From Acidobacteriota bacterium (GTDB taxonomy: Bacteria > Acidobacteriota > UBA890 > WLXD01), in contig CAXWPH010000015.1 of NCBI GenBank assembly GCA_963666055.2, forward strand, positions 1,984,001 through 2,048,000: 64,000 nucleotides of DNA. Reading direction: 5' to 3'. Below are positions 43,764 to 53,962 of the stretch, one piece after another. The translations under genes were made by a program, and so were the position numbers. The notes under the pieces are model-generated. The model did not search any database, was not told the origin of the DNA, and saw only the letters and a list, made by a program, of their open reading frames with translations. Each line of letters opens with the position of its first letter. Position 1 is the first letter of the stretch.

Positions 43764-45182
43764 TCACTCCCTCTTGAACTCGGCGACCAGCGCGGCGACC
43801 GACGTCTTGGCGTCGCCAAGCAGCATGCGCGTGTTCTCTCGGAAGAACAGCGAGTTGTCGATGCCAGCGTAGCCGGCCCCGAGCGAGCGCTTGAGCACGA
43901 AGGTGATTCGGGCGCGGTCGGCATCGATGATCGGCATCCCGTAGATAGGGCTGTCCTCGTCTTCCCTGGCGGCGGGGTTCACCACATCGTTGGCACCGAT
44001 GACCATGCAGACGTCCACGGCCGCCATCTTCGGGTTGACGTCGTCCGGTTCGACGAGTTGGTCGTACGGCACGCTCGCCTCGGCGAGCAACACGTTCATG
44101 TGGCCGGGCATACGACCAGCTACCGGATGAATCGCGTAGCGTACCTCGCAGCCGTTTTCTTCGAGCCGGTCGGCGAGCTCGCGGACGGCGTGCTGAGCCT
44201 GTGCCACTGCCATTCCGTACCCTGGCACGAACACCACGCTGCTTGATGCCTCGAGGATCAAGAAAGCGTCTGCCGTGTTGATCACCCTGGCCTCGCCTGG
44301 GGCGCCCTTGGTGGCCTGTTTCGACGTAGAGCCGAAGCCTGAGAACAACACGTTGGCCAGCGATCGGTTCATTGCCTTGCACATGATCATGGTCAGGACC
44401 AGCCCGCTCGCACCCACCAAGGCCCCGGATACGATGAGTACCTTGTTGACGATAATGAACCCGGTCGCACAAGCTGCCAGGCCCGAATAACTGTTGAGCA
44501 GAGCAACTACCACAGGCATGTCGGCGCCGCCGATCGAGAGGACGCTGAGGATTCCGAGCATCAGGCTGATGCCGACCAAGGTCAGGTAGGCTGCGTACTT
44601 CGCTTCCATCAGCGCGCCGGGCTCGCCGACCATCGCGAACACGCCGCCGGCGGCGAGCGCGCCGATCAGCAGCAGAGCATTGACGATCTGCTGGCCGGGA
44701 AAGAGCATAGGCGCTCCCCGGACCGTTCCAGCCAACTTGCCCCACGCGATGATGCTGCCGGTGAAGGTCACGCCGCCGATCAGCGATGCGATACCGATAG
44801 AGCCGAGCGTGAAGGCGCTGAATCCGGCGCCCGCGGCCGTGCTGATTCCGATCTGCGTCTGGTGGTACTCGGCCCAGCCGACAAGCAACGATGCGAGCCC
44901 GCCACAGCCGTTGAACAGCGCCACCATCTCGGGCATGCCGGTCATCGCCACCGTGCGCGCTGCGAAGGCGCCGACGGTGCCGCCGACGATGACGCCGAGA
45001 ACGATCCACTGGTAGTCGAGCCCGCCGTACGCCACCGTGGCGACCGCCGCGACGAGCATGCCGACCGCCGAGATCCGATTCCCGCGCCGCGCCGACTCGG
45101 CCCGCTGCAGTCCCTTCAGGCCATAGACGAACAGGACCGCGGCGGCGATGTACGCCAGGTCGATCACCAACGCGCGGCTCAT
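43764..45182 (-). CDS. pntB: NAD(P)+ transhydrogenase beta subunit
   Basis: MTGMPEMVALFNG.GG, IGGADMPVVVALLNSYSG, VPGYGMAVAQAQ, HPVAGRMPGHMNVLLAEA, GANDVVNP. Confidence 0.97.
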   Translation of the reverse strand: MSRALVIDLAYIAAAVLFVYGLKGLQRAESARRGNRISAVGMLVAAVATVAYGGLDYQWIVLGVIVGGTVGAFAARTVAMTGMPEMVALFNGCGGLASLLVGWAEYHQTQIGISTAAGAGFSAFTLGSIGIASLIGGVTFTGSIIAWGKLAGTVRGAPMLFPGQQIVNALLLIGALAAGGVFAMVGEPGALMEAKYAAYLTLVGISLMLGILSVLSIGGADMPVVVALLNSYSGLAACATGFIIVNKVLIVSGALVGASGLVLTMIMCKAMNRSLANVLFSGFGSTSKQATKGAPGEARVINTADAFLILEASSSVVFVPGYGMAVAQAQHAVRELADRLEENGCEVRYAIHPVAGRMPGHMNVLLAEASVPYDQLVEPDDVNPKMAAVDVCMVIGANDVVNPAAREDEDSPIYGMPIIDADRARITFVLKRSLGAGYAGIDNSLFFRENTRMLLGDAKTSVAALVAEFKRE

Positions 45183-45183
45183 C

Positions 45184-45483
45184 TCAGCCTTCTCCCTGGC
45201 CCCTCTTGCGGAACATCGCGAACATGCGATCGGTCACCAGATAGCCTCCGACGACGTTGATCGTGGCGCACGCTACGGCCAGCGTTCCGAGAATAATCGT
45301 GACGCTCTCGCTGCTGCCGCGGAGCGACAGCAGCGCCCCGACAATGGTGATTCCGGAGATCGCGTTGGAGCCACTCATCAGCGGAGTGTGGAGTTGCGAC
45401 GGCACTCGCGAGATGAGCTCGAACCCGAGAAAGATGGCGAGCATCAAGATGAACAACAGGAATACGATCGTCTGAACGTCCAT
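45184..45483 (-). CDS. pntA: NAD(P)+ transhydrogenase alpha subunit part 2 (membrane)
   Basis: VPSQLHTPLMSGSNAISGITIVGA, NVVGGYLVTDRMFAMF. Confidence 0.95.
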   Translation of the reverse strand: MDVQTIVFLLFILMLAIFLGFELISRVPSQLHTPLMSGSNAISGITIVGALLSLRGSSESVTIILGTLAVACATINVVGGYLVTDRMFAMFRKRGQGEG

Positions 45484-45522
45484 TGGGATTCAGCTTTGCC
45501 TCGGTAGATTGTTGGCTCGGCG

Positions 45523-46665
45523 TTACTCGCCGGCGTAATGCTTGTTCAGTCTCTCGCTGATGATCTGGCCGCCGCAGGTGATGAGTGCGCCGGCCATGAT
45601 CTCGTCGTCTCGATCCAGCCTCATGCTCTTGGCTTCGTCGTCCCAGAAATGGGTGAGGAAGTTGACCAGGTTGTTGGAGTACATCTGGCTGGCGTGAGCG
45701 GCGACACGACCCGGCAGGTTGTCGAGACCAATGATTCGTACCCCGCCGACTTCGACCTCTTCGTTGAATCGGGTTCCAGCGACGTTGCCGCCGTGCTCGC
45801 TCGCAGCCATATCCACGATTACGCTCCCTGGCCTCATCTTGGCGACGGTGTCCGCGTCGATGATCAACGGCGGCTTGCGGCCGAAGAGCTTCGCCGTGGT
45901 GATGACTACATCCGCCGCCGCGCAGACCTTGGCCATCCCTTGGCGCTGCATCTCGAGCTGCTCGGCGGTCAACTCCCTGGCGTAGCCGCCCTCCGTCTGG
46001 CCGGTGTCACCAAGGTTGATCTTGACGAATTTGGCACCGAGCGACTTGACCTGTTCTTCCACCACCGGGCGCGTATCGAAGGCGTTGACGCGAGCGCCCA
46101 TACGCTTGGCCGTGGCGATAGCCTGCAGGCCCGCCACGCCGGCGCCGATCACGAAGACGCGCGAGGGCCTCAGGGTACCTGCAGGTGTCATCATCATCGG
46201 GTAGGTCTTGGCGAGCCGCTCGGCGGCCAGCACCACGGCGACATAGCCTGCCAGGCTCGCTTGCGAGCTCAGCGCGTCCATCTTCTGCGCCAACGTCGTG
46301 CGTGGGATCAGCTCGATACACACGGCGTTGACTTGGCGTGCGGCCAAGGCTCTTACCAGTTCTTGGTTGAAGAACGGGTCGAGGTGGCTGATGTGAACGG
46401 TGCCCGCCGCGAGCATCTCCACTTCCTCAGTTGGAGGAGGGTTGAGGCGCAGCACCACCTCGGCGTCGCCAAGAAGGGTGGCGCGATCGCCGACAACGCT
46501 GGCGCCGGCTTCCTCGTAACTCGAGTCGAGGGCGTTCACCGTTTCGCCCACACCGGCCTCGACGCCAACCTCGGCGCCCATCTGCACGAGCATTGCTACG
46601 CCCTCAGGAACCACGGGTACGCGGGGCTCGTTCACCTTCGCTTCGCGCGGGACGGCGATCTTCAT
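45523..46665 (-). CDS. pntA: NAD(P)+ transhydrogenase alpha subunit part 1 (dI)
   Basis: PRTTLAQKMDALSSQ, PMMMTPAGT, GAGVAGLQAIATAKRMGA, GGYA. Confidence 0.95.
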   Translation of the reverse strand: MKIAVPREAKVNEPRVPVVPEGVAMLVQMGAEVGVEAGVGETVNALDSSYEEAGASVVGDRATLLGDAEVVLRLNPPPTEEVEMLAAGTVHISHLDPFFNQELVRALAARQVNAVCIELIPRTTLAQKMDALSSQASLAGYVAVVLAAERLAKTYPMMMTPAGTLRPSRVFVIGAGVAGLQAIATAKRMGARVNAFDTRPVVEEQVKSLGAKFVKINLGDTGQTEGGYARELTAEQLEMQRQGMAKVCAAADVVITTAKLFGRKPPLIIDADTVAKMRPGSVIVDMAASEHGGNVAGTRFNEEVEVGGVRIIGLDNLPGRVAAHASQMYSNNLVNFLTHFWDDEAKSMRLDRDDEIMAGALITCGGQIISERLNKHYAGE

Positions 46666-46813
46666 GCGTAGCTTTTCCTGTGCTCGGGATCGGGGCGTGA
46701 ATGGGTCCGCGGCAGCGACGTCTCAGAGAGTGCGGCGACAGGCTGATTGTCCTAGACCGGCGGCGAGCCCGCAAACACGCCGGGGCCGAGCGGGTGCGCG
46801 ATCTGACGGCCTG

Positions 46814-49015
46814 CTAGCCTTCGTAGTAGCGCCGCGGCATCCAGGCGAAGCCTCGACTGCCGCGGCTGGCCGTGCCCTGGGCCGAGGTGACCTCGTTGCA
46901 GGCCTGCACAATATCGTCGGCGGAGAGTACGCTGAGCTTCTCGAGAACCGGCGATATCGCCACGCCCGGCAGGTTCTTTTGTCCGACGGCGCGCGAAGGT
47001 AGGCCGGGGAAGCGCTCCACGGCGTGCCCCTGGATGGAGCGCACAAACCCGGCGAATGGCCGGTCCTCGGCGGCCACCACCAAACGCCCGGTGCGGCCGA
47101 CGCTCTCGTAGACCGAGTCGAGGTCGGGTGGCACCAGGGTACGTAGGTCGATGACCTCCGCCTCGACTTTATTCTCGGCCAGCGTGTCGGCGGCATCGAG
47201 CGCCTTGTAGACGGCGCGTCCCCACGCCACGATGGTCACGTCGCTGCCGGGACGCCGGACTGCCGCTTTGGAGAACGGCACGCGTAGACTGGGATCGACG
47301 TGCGGGACTTCGCCTCGCATGATGTTGCGCTTCATCCGCGCGATCTCGTCCTCGTCCGTCGGCTCGCCCGGAAGGGCCGGTCCAAGCGCCCGGCGGTACG
47401 CGAACTTGGGTTCGAGAACCACCACCGGTCCGCCGTACTCGGCAGCCGTCAGCAACAGACCATAGGCATCGAAGCTAGTTGACGGCATCACCAGGACAAG
47501 CCCCGGGATGGAGGCGAAATAGCCTTCGCAGCTCATCGAATGGTAGACGGCGCCGCCGCCGAACGGATCCGTCGGCATGCGCAGGATGACGCTCGCCGAC
47601 GCCTTTCCGTTGGAGGCCCAATGGAAGTTGCCCAGATGGACGAGCCAATGGAAAGCGTTGAACGAATAGTCGCCGAACTGGAACTCGGGTAGCGCCACGA
47701 GGTCGGAATGGAGGCTCAATCCCATCGCGGTTCCGACGATCAAGGGCTCGTTCAGCGGCGCGTCGAGCACGCGGTCGGGATGGCGGTCCTTGAGGCCGGC
47801 GGTGGCTTGCATGACACCGCCGAGCCGCGCCACGTCCTGACCCCAGAGCACGCCGCCATGGCGATCGATGATGTGATCGAGAGCACTCCGAACGGCGCCT
47901 GCATAGCTGATGTTCGTGCTACCGGACGCGGCGGGTTCGGTGACCTGGGGAAACGGCCGATAGACGTGTTCGAACAATGAGTCGGGCGACGGGTCGGGTT
48001 CCGCACGAACGCGCTTCATCAGCGCACGGACATCCTCGATCTCGGCATCCATGATGCCACCGGGCTCATGATGCGCGAAGAAATCGCGCCCCTCGCCCTT
48101 CTTGCGCTGCAGGATGTCCGGCTGCTCAAGAATACCGCGCTCGACAAGCTGCTCGCCGAACTCGATCAACGGATCGTCCTGTGACAGATCGAAGGTGAGG
48201 TCGGCGGCGGAACTGTGGCCGTTAAAACGCGGCAGGTGTTTGACGTGCAACACCACGCCGCTCTGGGTGTCTCGAACATGGCCGGCGACGTCGATCGTTG
48301 TGTTGTAGACGTCCCAGAAATCGCGCCCGTCACACTCGAAGTGCTCGAGACCGAAAGCCTTGGCGTAGGCCGCGTAGTCCTTGATTCCCTGCCCCTCCTC
48401 GGGGAGGGTGCTGATCGCGACATCGTTGTCAGCCACCATGATGATCAGCGGCAGCTGCCAAACGCTGGCCGCATTCATGGCTTCGTGTAAGTCGCTCTCA
48501 GCAGTGGTTCCGTCGCCGATGATCGCCATGGCAACGCAGTGTTGCTGGCCCTTGATCTTGTAGCCCATGGCGTAGCCGGCGGCCTTGCCGAGCTGCATAC
48601 CCACTGGGCTCTGGAGCGGAAGGATGCCCATGTCCGGGTAGTAAAGATGGTTGGGCATCTGCCGGGCGCGGCTCAGCTGGTCGGTGTCGCGCGCGAACTG
48701 TTGCCGCATGAGGTCAGTGAGAAAGGTCTTGTGGCCCTGCAGCTCCATCCACATCGACACCAGCGCGTAGGACCGGTAGTGCGGCACGAAGCCGAAGTTG
48801 TCGCGCCCCAGGGCGTGTGCCAGAGCCAAAGCGGTAGCGACGCCGTGAACCTCTTCGCCAGTACCCCAGATAGCGAACTTCACCTCGCCGCGGGTTACGA
48901 ACCGGACGATGAACTCCTCCGCGGCGCGCGAGCGCACGGCAACGCGATAGGCGTGCCGAAGCTCATCTGCAGTCGGCTCGACCTGGGCTCGGGCGTCGGT
49001 CTTGGCCTGCTCCAT
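46814..49015 (-). CDS. Fused alpha/beta E1 component of a 2-oxoacid dehydrogenase
   Basis: TPP motif GDGTTAE...DN, GHSS, GQDVARLGGV, DAPLNEP, EFQFGDY, EVIDLRTLVP. Confidence 0.9.
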   Translation of the reverse strand: MEQAKTDARAQVEPTADELRHAYRVAVRSRAAEEFIVRFVTRGEVKFAIWGTGEEVHGVATALALAHALGRDNFGFVPHYRSYALVSMWMELQGHKTFLTDLMRQQFARDTDQLSRARQMPNHLYYPDMGILPLQSPVGMQLGKAAGYAMGYKIKGQQHCVAMAIIGDGTTAESDLHEAMNAASVWQLPLIIMVADNDVAISTLPEEGQGIKDYAAYAKAFGLEHFECDGRDFWDVYNTTIDVAGHVRDTQSGVVLHVKHLPRFNGHSSAADLTFDLSQDDPLIEFGEQLVERGILEQPDILQRKKGEGRDFFAHHEPGGIMDAEIEDVRALMKRVRAEPDPSPDSLFEHVYRPFPQVTEPAASGSTNISYAGAVRSALDHIIDRHGGVLWGQDVARLGGVMQATAGLKDRHPDRVLDAPLNEPLIVGTAMGLSLHSDLVALPEFQFGDYSFNAFHWLVHLGNFHWASNGKASASVILRMPTDPFGGGAVYHSMSCEGYFASIPGLVLVMPSTSFDAYGLLLTAAEYGGPVVVLEPKFAYRRALGPALPGEPTDEDEIARMKRNIMRGEVPHVDPSLRVPFSKAAVRRPGSDVTIVAWGRAVYKALDAADTLAENKVEAEVIDLRTLVPPDLDSVYESVGRTGRLVVAAEDRPFAGFVRSIQGHAVERFPGLPSRAVGQKNLPGVAISPVLEKLSVLSADDIVQACNEVTSAQGTASRGSRGFAWMPRRYYEG

Positions 49016-49256
49016 CCAGTTCTCCCTGCAACAAGGCGATGCCGGCAGGGCCGTGCTCGCCTAGCCGGGACCACGACACGCACCGCGGCCGATTGGTGCG
49101 GCATTCGCGACAGCGTGATTCCATCCGGGGCGGGGGCTGGCTGAAACCGCCTCGTCACAGCTGTCTCGGCCTTTGTTCCCAGCGGAAGCTGGTCGCGAGC
49201 ACCCCATTATACCAAGACAGACGCACGGCTCATCAATCAGCGCCAACGAACGAGAA

Positions 49257-49288
49257 CCGGCCCGCGCCAGGGAGGTGGCGCGGGCCGG
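49257..49288 (-). terminator. Probable terminator hairpin downstream of the GWxTD gene
   Basis: Perfect 13-bp stem CCGGCCCGCGCCA/TGGCGCGGGCCGG, followed on the minus strand by TTCTCGTTCGTT. Confidence 0.6.
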
Positions 49289-49313
49289 CGGTGAGCCTGG
49301 TTGCAGGAGGGAC

Positions 49314-49967
49314 TCAGTCGCTCCTGACGACGGCCGCCTCCTTGGCGTAATGAAGCGCATCCCGGATGTAGAACGGGACGAATCCGGGTCCGCCGAAGCC
49401 GCCGTAGATTCGGTAGCTACTGCGCGCCGGGTTTCTGACAAACGCGATCGCAACCTGCCCCGCGACGCCACTGAAGGGCCGCTTCGAGCCCTCCTTGCCG
49501 GTTGTGAAGTAGGTCCACACGGCAGCGTCGGAGTATCCGAATATGGGCCGGATGTAGTCTGGACGGCCGAGCACGATGTGGATGAAGCCACGATCCGACT
49601 TCCAGCCTCGCGGGAAATCGTGATAGCGGTCGTTTGCCATCGCCACCCGTTCGTAGAACAGCCGCTTGAACTGGTTGCCGGCGATCTTCGGATTCTCATC
49701 GCGGAGATCCCAGAACTCGGCAATGAAGTCAGCACGTCCCAGGGTTGTGGAGAGGCTCTTGAAGACCTTTCGCTCGTCGTCGAGGATGATGTAGTCGACC
49801 GGACCATCCAACCAGGTATCGGGGTTGGCCTCGAAATACGCCATGGCCGCGTCACCCGTCTTCGGGAGCTCGCCGAGCGATGATGCGGCAGTCGCTGCTA
49901 CTGGCAGTAAGGCGACGGCACTGGCAACGGCGAAAAGGCTCGTGAGTCGGCGGTTTCGAGCTCGCAT
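49314..49967 (-). CDS. GWxTD-domain protein, secreted
   Basis: AAGGAGG RBS, signal peptide, WL..PV.YII.D.E...F..L, FW..RD, GWKSDRG.I.IVLG.PD. Confidence 0.88.
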   Translation of the reverse strand: MRARNRRLTSLFAVASAVALLPVAATAASSLGELPKTGDAAMAYFEANPDTWLDGPVDYIILDDERKVFKSLSTTLGRADFIAEFWDLRDENPKIAGNQFKRLFYERVAMANDRYHDFPRGWKSDRGFIHIVLGRPDYIRPIFGYSDAAVWTYFTTGKEGSKRPFSGVAGQVAIAFVRNPARSSYRIYGGFGGPGFVPFYIRDALHYAKEAAVVRSD

Positions 49968-50096
49968 GTCATTCCTCCTTTGTGATGCCGCGTTGGACAA
50001 CACGGCCTCGTTGTTACGATCCTGGCGACTTGCGGTCGGTGCCGGGCGCCTAGGGCGCCGACCGCCGGGAACGGCCTGGGTCGCACCGACCTACTT

Positions 50097-50114
50097 TTGC
50101 AGGCTCCGTGCCAG
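50097..50114 (-). promoter_or_regulatory. Candidate sigma-54 (-24/-12) promoter for the GWxTD gene
   Basis: Minus strand reads CTGGCACGGAGCCTGCAA, with correct GG-N10-GC spacing. Confidence 0.5.
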
Positions 50115-50184
50115 AAGATGCTCAGCGCCCCGCTCGGCCGTGAGTCGACCATGGTCAGGGCCGGGAAATGCCTGAGAATAAAGG

Positions 50185-50204
50185 CTTTCACCACGACCTG
50201 TTGG
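50185..50204 (+). repeat. Solitary MITE/IS-like terminal repeat
   Basis: CTTTCACCACGACCTGTTGG versus CTTTCACCACGGCCTGCTAG at the right end of the 4271-4541 element. Confidence 0.5.
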
Positions 50205-50451
50205 GCGAGCCCTGTCCTGTGACGAGCGCGGGCGATGATAGGAACAGCCAGAGACGACCGTCGCCGCGCGTCCGCAGGCCGACGATGACCCCATAAAGTC
50301 ATTCGGCGACGACGGCATGCCGACACTTGGGCGGCCAAAGTGGGCCCTGGCGGTGCTGGTCGAGCACGTCGCCCCGATCCCGACCACTGGCGGGCAGGGC
50401 GCGACGTAAACCGCCTGCGGCGCGCTCGACCGGCGCACGTCCTTCCCATAG

Positions 50452-50695
50452 CAGGGTGCTGAAGAATCCCGTTGGGTCTGGTTACGGCGTCGTGGGGCCA
50501 GATGAAAGGCGGCGCGAGGTAGGCGATGCTTGTTGTATCGTCCAGTAGGGCCAACGTTGCAGATGGCCCCGCGGACGCCACGAACCCTTCGGGCACGTGG
50601 GGGTTGTCGGCGATCTCAGTGTCAGAGCTCCTCGACGATGCGCCCCGGCATCACCATCCTCATCGCGCCTTGAGCTTGCCCCTATCTCGGCCCAG
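50452..50695 (-). mobile_element. Diverged, inverted second copy of the MITE family
   Basis: Minus strand shares CCCGAAGGGTT, GGGGCCATCTGCA.CGTTGGCC, GCATCGCC, CATCTGGCCCCA, CGCCGTAACCAGACCCA and the ...CCTGCTA end with the 4271-4541 copy; far end is degenerate. Confidence 0.75.
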
Positions 50696-50699
50696 CAAT

Positions 50700-53600
50700 A
50701 TGCAACCCAACGGCTCCGTCGTCTACTCCGACAGCGCCGCGCGGCGGCTTGAACACGCGCGAGGCTGGCTCCGCCGCGCCGCGGCGCCCGGGCCGGTCCT
50801 CGTCGTGTCGGCCACGCGCGGAGCGGCGGATGACTTTGTGCGCTCGCTCCTGGGGCCAGGCGAGGGCCTGTTTGGTGTTCACCGTATGACCCCCCCCCTC
50901 GTCTGGCCGCCGACCTCGCAATGGCGGCGCTAGCGCGACGCGACCTCGCACCGGTGACCGGGCTCGGCATGGAAGCGCTGGCGGCGCGCGCATCGGAACG
51001 CTGCAGCCAGGAGGGATTGCAGTACTTCGGGCCGGTGGCCGACTATCCCGGCTTCCCGCGGGCGCTGCGGCGCACCCTGACCGAGCTGCGTCTGGCCGGT
51101 GTGGCGACGGAGCAACTCGTCGAGCTGGGTGTTGCCGGCATAGACCTGCAACGGCTGGCCGACGCGTACGCCGGTGAGATCGAGCGCTGGGGGCTCGCTG
51201 ACCCGTCCATGCTTTGGCGCCTGGCCGCGGAGGCCGTCGAGACGGACCAGCATCTCCGTGTCGGTGTGCCGCTGCTGCTGCTCGATCTGTCGCCGGCCAG
51301 TGCACTGGAACAGGAGGCGTGGCGGCGCCTGGTTGCCCGTGCGCCAACCGCGCTGGCGACGGTGATCGGTAACGATCGGCGGGCTCTCGAGGGGCTTGCC
51401 TTGGCGTTTGGCACCAGCCCAACGGAACTCGACGAGGTGGCCGATTCGGGCGCGACACGGCTGGCACGACTTCGGCGCGGAGTGTTTGGCGAGGCAGAAC
51501 CGAGCGATGTAGCTCCCGATGACACGCTGGAGATCGTCGCGGCTCCGGGGGAGGGCCGCGAGGCGGTCGAGGTAGCGCGGCGCATCCACGCCTTGGCGCG
51601 CCAAGGCGTGCCTTTCGACCGCATCGCGATCTTGCTGCGGGACCCGGATGCTTACCTCGGGCTTGTCGAGGAGGCGATGCGGCGCGCCCGGATTCCGGCC
51701 TGGTACACGCGTGGCACGGTACGGCCCGATCCCGCCGGACGCGCCTTCCTGGCACTGTTGGCCTGCGCCGCCGATGACCTTTCGGCGTCGCGCTTCGCGG
51801 AGTATCTGTCTCTGGGGCAGTCGCCACGCGTCGAGGTTGCAGAGGCGCGTACGATCGAGGTGCCGTGGGTCGAGCCCGCCGGCGCTCAGTTGGTCTTCAA
51901 GACCTTCGTTCCGGACGCCGCCACCCTCGAGATCGAGGACGAGGAGCTCGACGGCCCAGTTGTCGCCGGGACCGTGCGGACGCCACAGCGGTGGGAACAG
52001 CTTCTCGTGGACGCCGCGGTGGTGGGCGGGCGCGACCGCTGGCAGCGTCGACTCGCCGGCGTACGCGCCGAGCTCGAGGAACGACGTCGGGCCCTCGACG
52101 ATCTCGACGAGCCACACAGCGAGCACTTGCGAAAGCAAATCGATACGCTCGCCCATCTCGAACGGTTCGCGCTACCGATCATCGACATGCTCGCCGCACT
52201 ACCCCAAAAGGCGCCCTGGGGCGACTGGTTGGCCTCGCTGCGTCAGCTTGCCGCGGCAACGCTGCGACGGCCGGCGCGAGTGCTCGCCGTTCTCGGTGGT
52301 CTGGAGCCGATGGAAAGCGTCGGGCCGGTGGATCTGGCGGAGGTACGCCGGGTCCTCGACGAACGCCTCGCATTCCTGCGCTATGAACCCATTGGGCGCC
52401 GCTACGGCAAGGTCTTCGTCGCTACGATCGACGAAGCGCGAGGCCGCAGTTTCGATGTGGTGTTTCTTCCTGGCTTGGCTGAGGGAATCTTTCCGCGGCG
52501 AGCCAGCGAGGACCCTTTGCTGTTGGACGAGCTGCGACGAATCATCGAAGCGCCCCTGATGACTCAGGACGAACGCTTCGAGAACGAGCGAATGTTGCTG
52601 CGCATCGCCGTCGGGGCGGCGTCACGCCGGTTAGTCGTGTCGTACCCGACACAAGACGTGTTGCAGGGCCGAGCGCGAGTGGCTTCCTTCTACGCGCTCG
52701 ATATCATTCGCGCCGCCGAGGGCCAACTTCCCGACACCCGCACGCTCGAGGCCCGCGCTGCGTCCGGATCGGCGTCGCTGCTCGGCTGGCCGGCGCCGCG
52801 CGACAGGCGCGCGGCCATTGACGCCGCCGAGTTTGCCGTTTCCTATCTGGAGCCCATCCTGACGCGGGCTGAGGGCGACGTAACCGGCCGGGCTCGTTTC
52901 CTTCTGGACACCAACGAGCACCTGGCGCGCTCGCTACGCGCTCGTGCCCGCAGGTGGCGCCCGGGATTCTTCGCCGCCGACGGTCTGGTGCAGCCTAGTG
53001 ACGCGGCGCGTGTTGTCCTCGACGGCCATCGTCTGCGGGCGCGCAGCTATTCGCCCACCGCGCTGCAGCGGTACGCGGTTTGCCCATACCAGTTCTTTCT
53101 CCATGCCATACAGCGCTTGCGGCCACGCGAGGAGCCCGTGGCATTGGAGCAGATGGATCCGCTGACGCGTGGGAGCTTGTTTCACAAAGTGCAGTACGTG
53201 CTCCTTCAACGCCTGCGCGAGGGCGACAACCTGCCGATCACGGCCGCCAATCGTGCCGCCGCGACTGCCGAGGCTGACGCGGCCCTCGACGAGCTGGCGG
53301 CGAGTTACGCGGAGCGGCTCGCGCCGGCCATTCCGCGCGTTTGGGACGACGAGGTCGAGGGCGTGCGAACCGATCTGCGCGGTTGGATTCGCGAGGTCGC
53401 CGAGGCCAACGATGGCTGGGAGCCGGCTTTCTTCGAGTTCTCCTTCGGTCTCGGACACGAAGCCGGTCGCGATCCGCTCAGCCATCGCGATGAGGCCCTG
53501 ACCGCCGATGGCTATCGCCTGCGTGGCGCCATCGATCTCGTCGAGCGCGATCCGGCCCGAAACGCCTGGCGCGTCACCGATCACAAGACGGGTCGCGCGC

Positions 53601-53962
53601 TGCGCGCCCGTTACGTGACGATCGGTGGCGGCGAGGTGTTACAGCCACTGCTCTATGCCATTCGGGCGCAGCACCACCTAGAGGGCGACGTCGTGGCCGG
53701 CCGTCTGTTCTACTGCACGCGGCGCGGAGAGTTCCAGGACCGCGAAGTGGCGCTCAACGCCGATACGCGGATGAAGGTCTCTCAGGCGCTGGGGATTATC
53801 GACGCTGCCATCGCCGATGGCTTCCTGCCCGCCGCACCGCGCGAACGTGCTTGTAACTGGTGCGACTTCCGCGCCGTGTGTGGGCCCTACGAGGAGCTCC
53901 GAGTTCGGCGTAAGGACCCGGCACCGCTCGCCAGCCTGCGACTCCTGCGAGGTGCTCGATGA
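50700..53962 (+). CDS. addB: AddB-like inactive helicase / PD-(D/E)XK nuclease; frameshift at the C-run near 50895
   Basis: IAILLR, GRSFDVVFLPGLAEG.FP, SPTALQRYAVCPYQF, LRGAIDLVE, DHKTG, C-terminal CNWCDFRAVC Fe-S motif. Confidence 0.85.

Noticed and set aside
50890-50898. C-run in the 5' part of addB as a phase-variation switch
   Set aside because: A homopolymer error is more parsimonious given the many other indels, and phase variation of a core repair gene is unlikely; reads are needed to exclude it.
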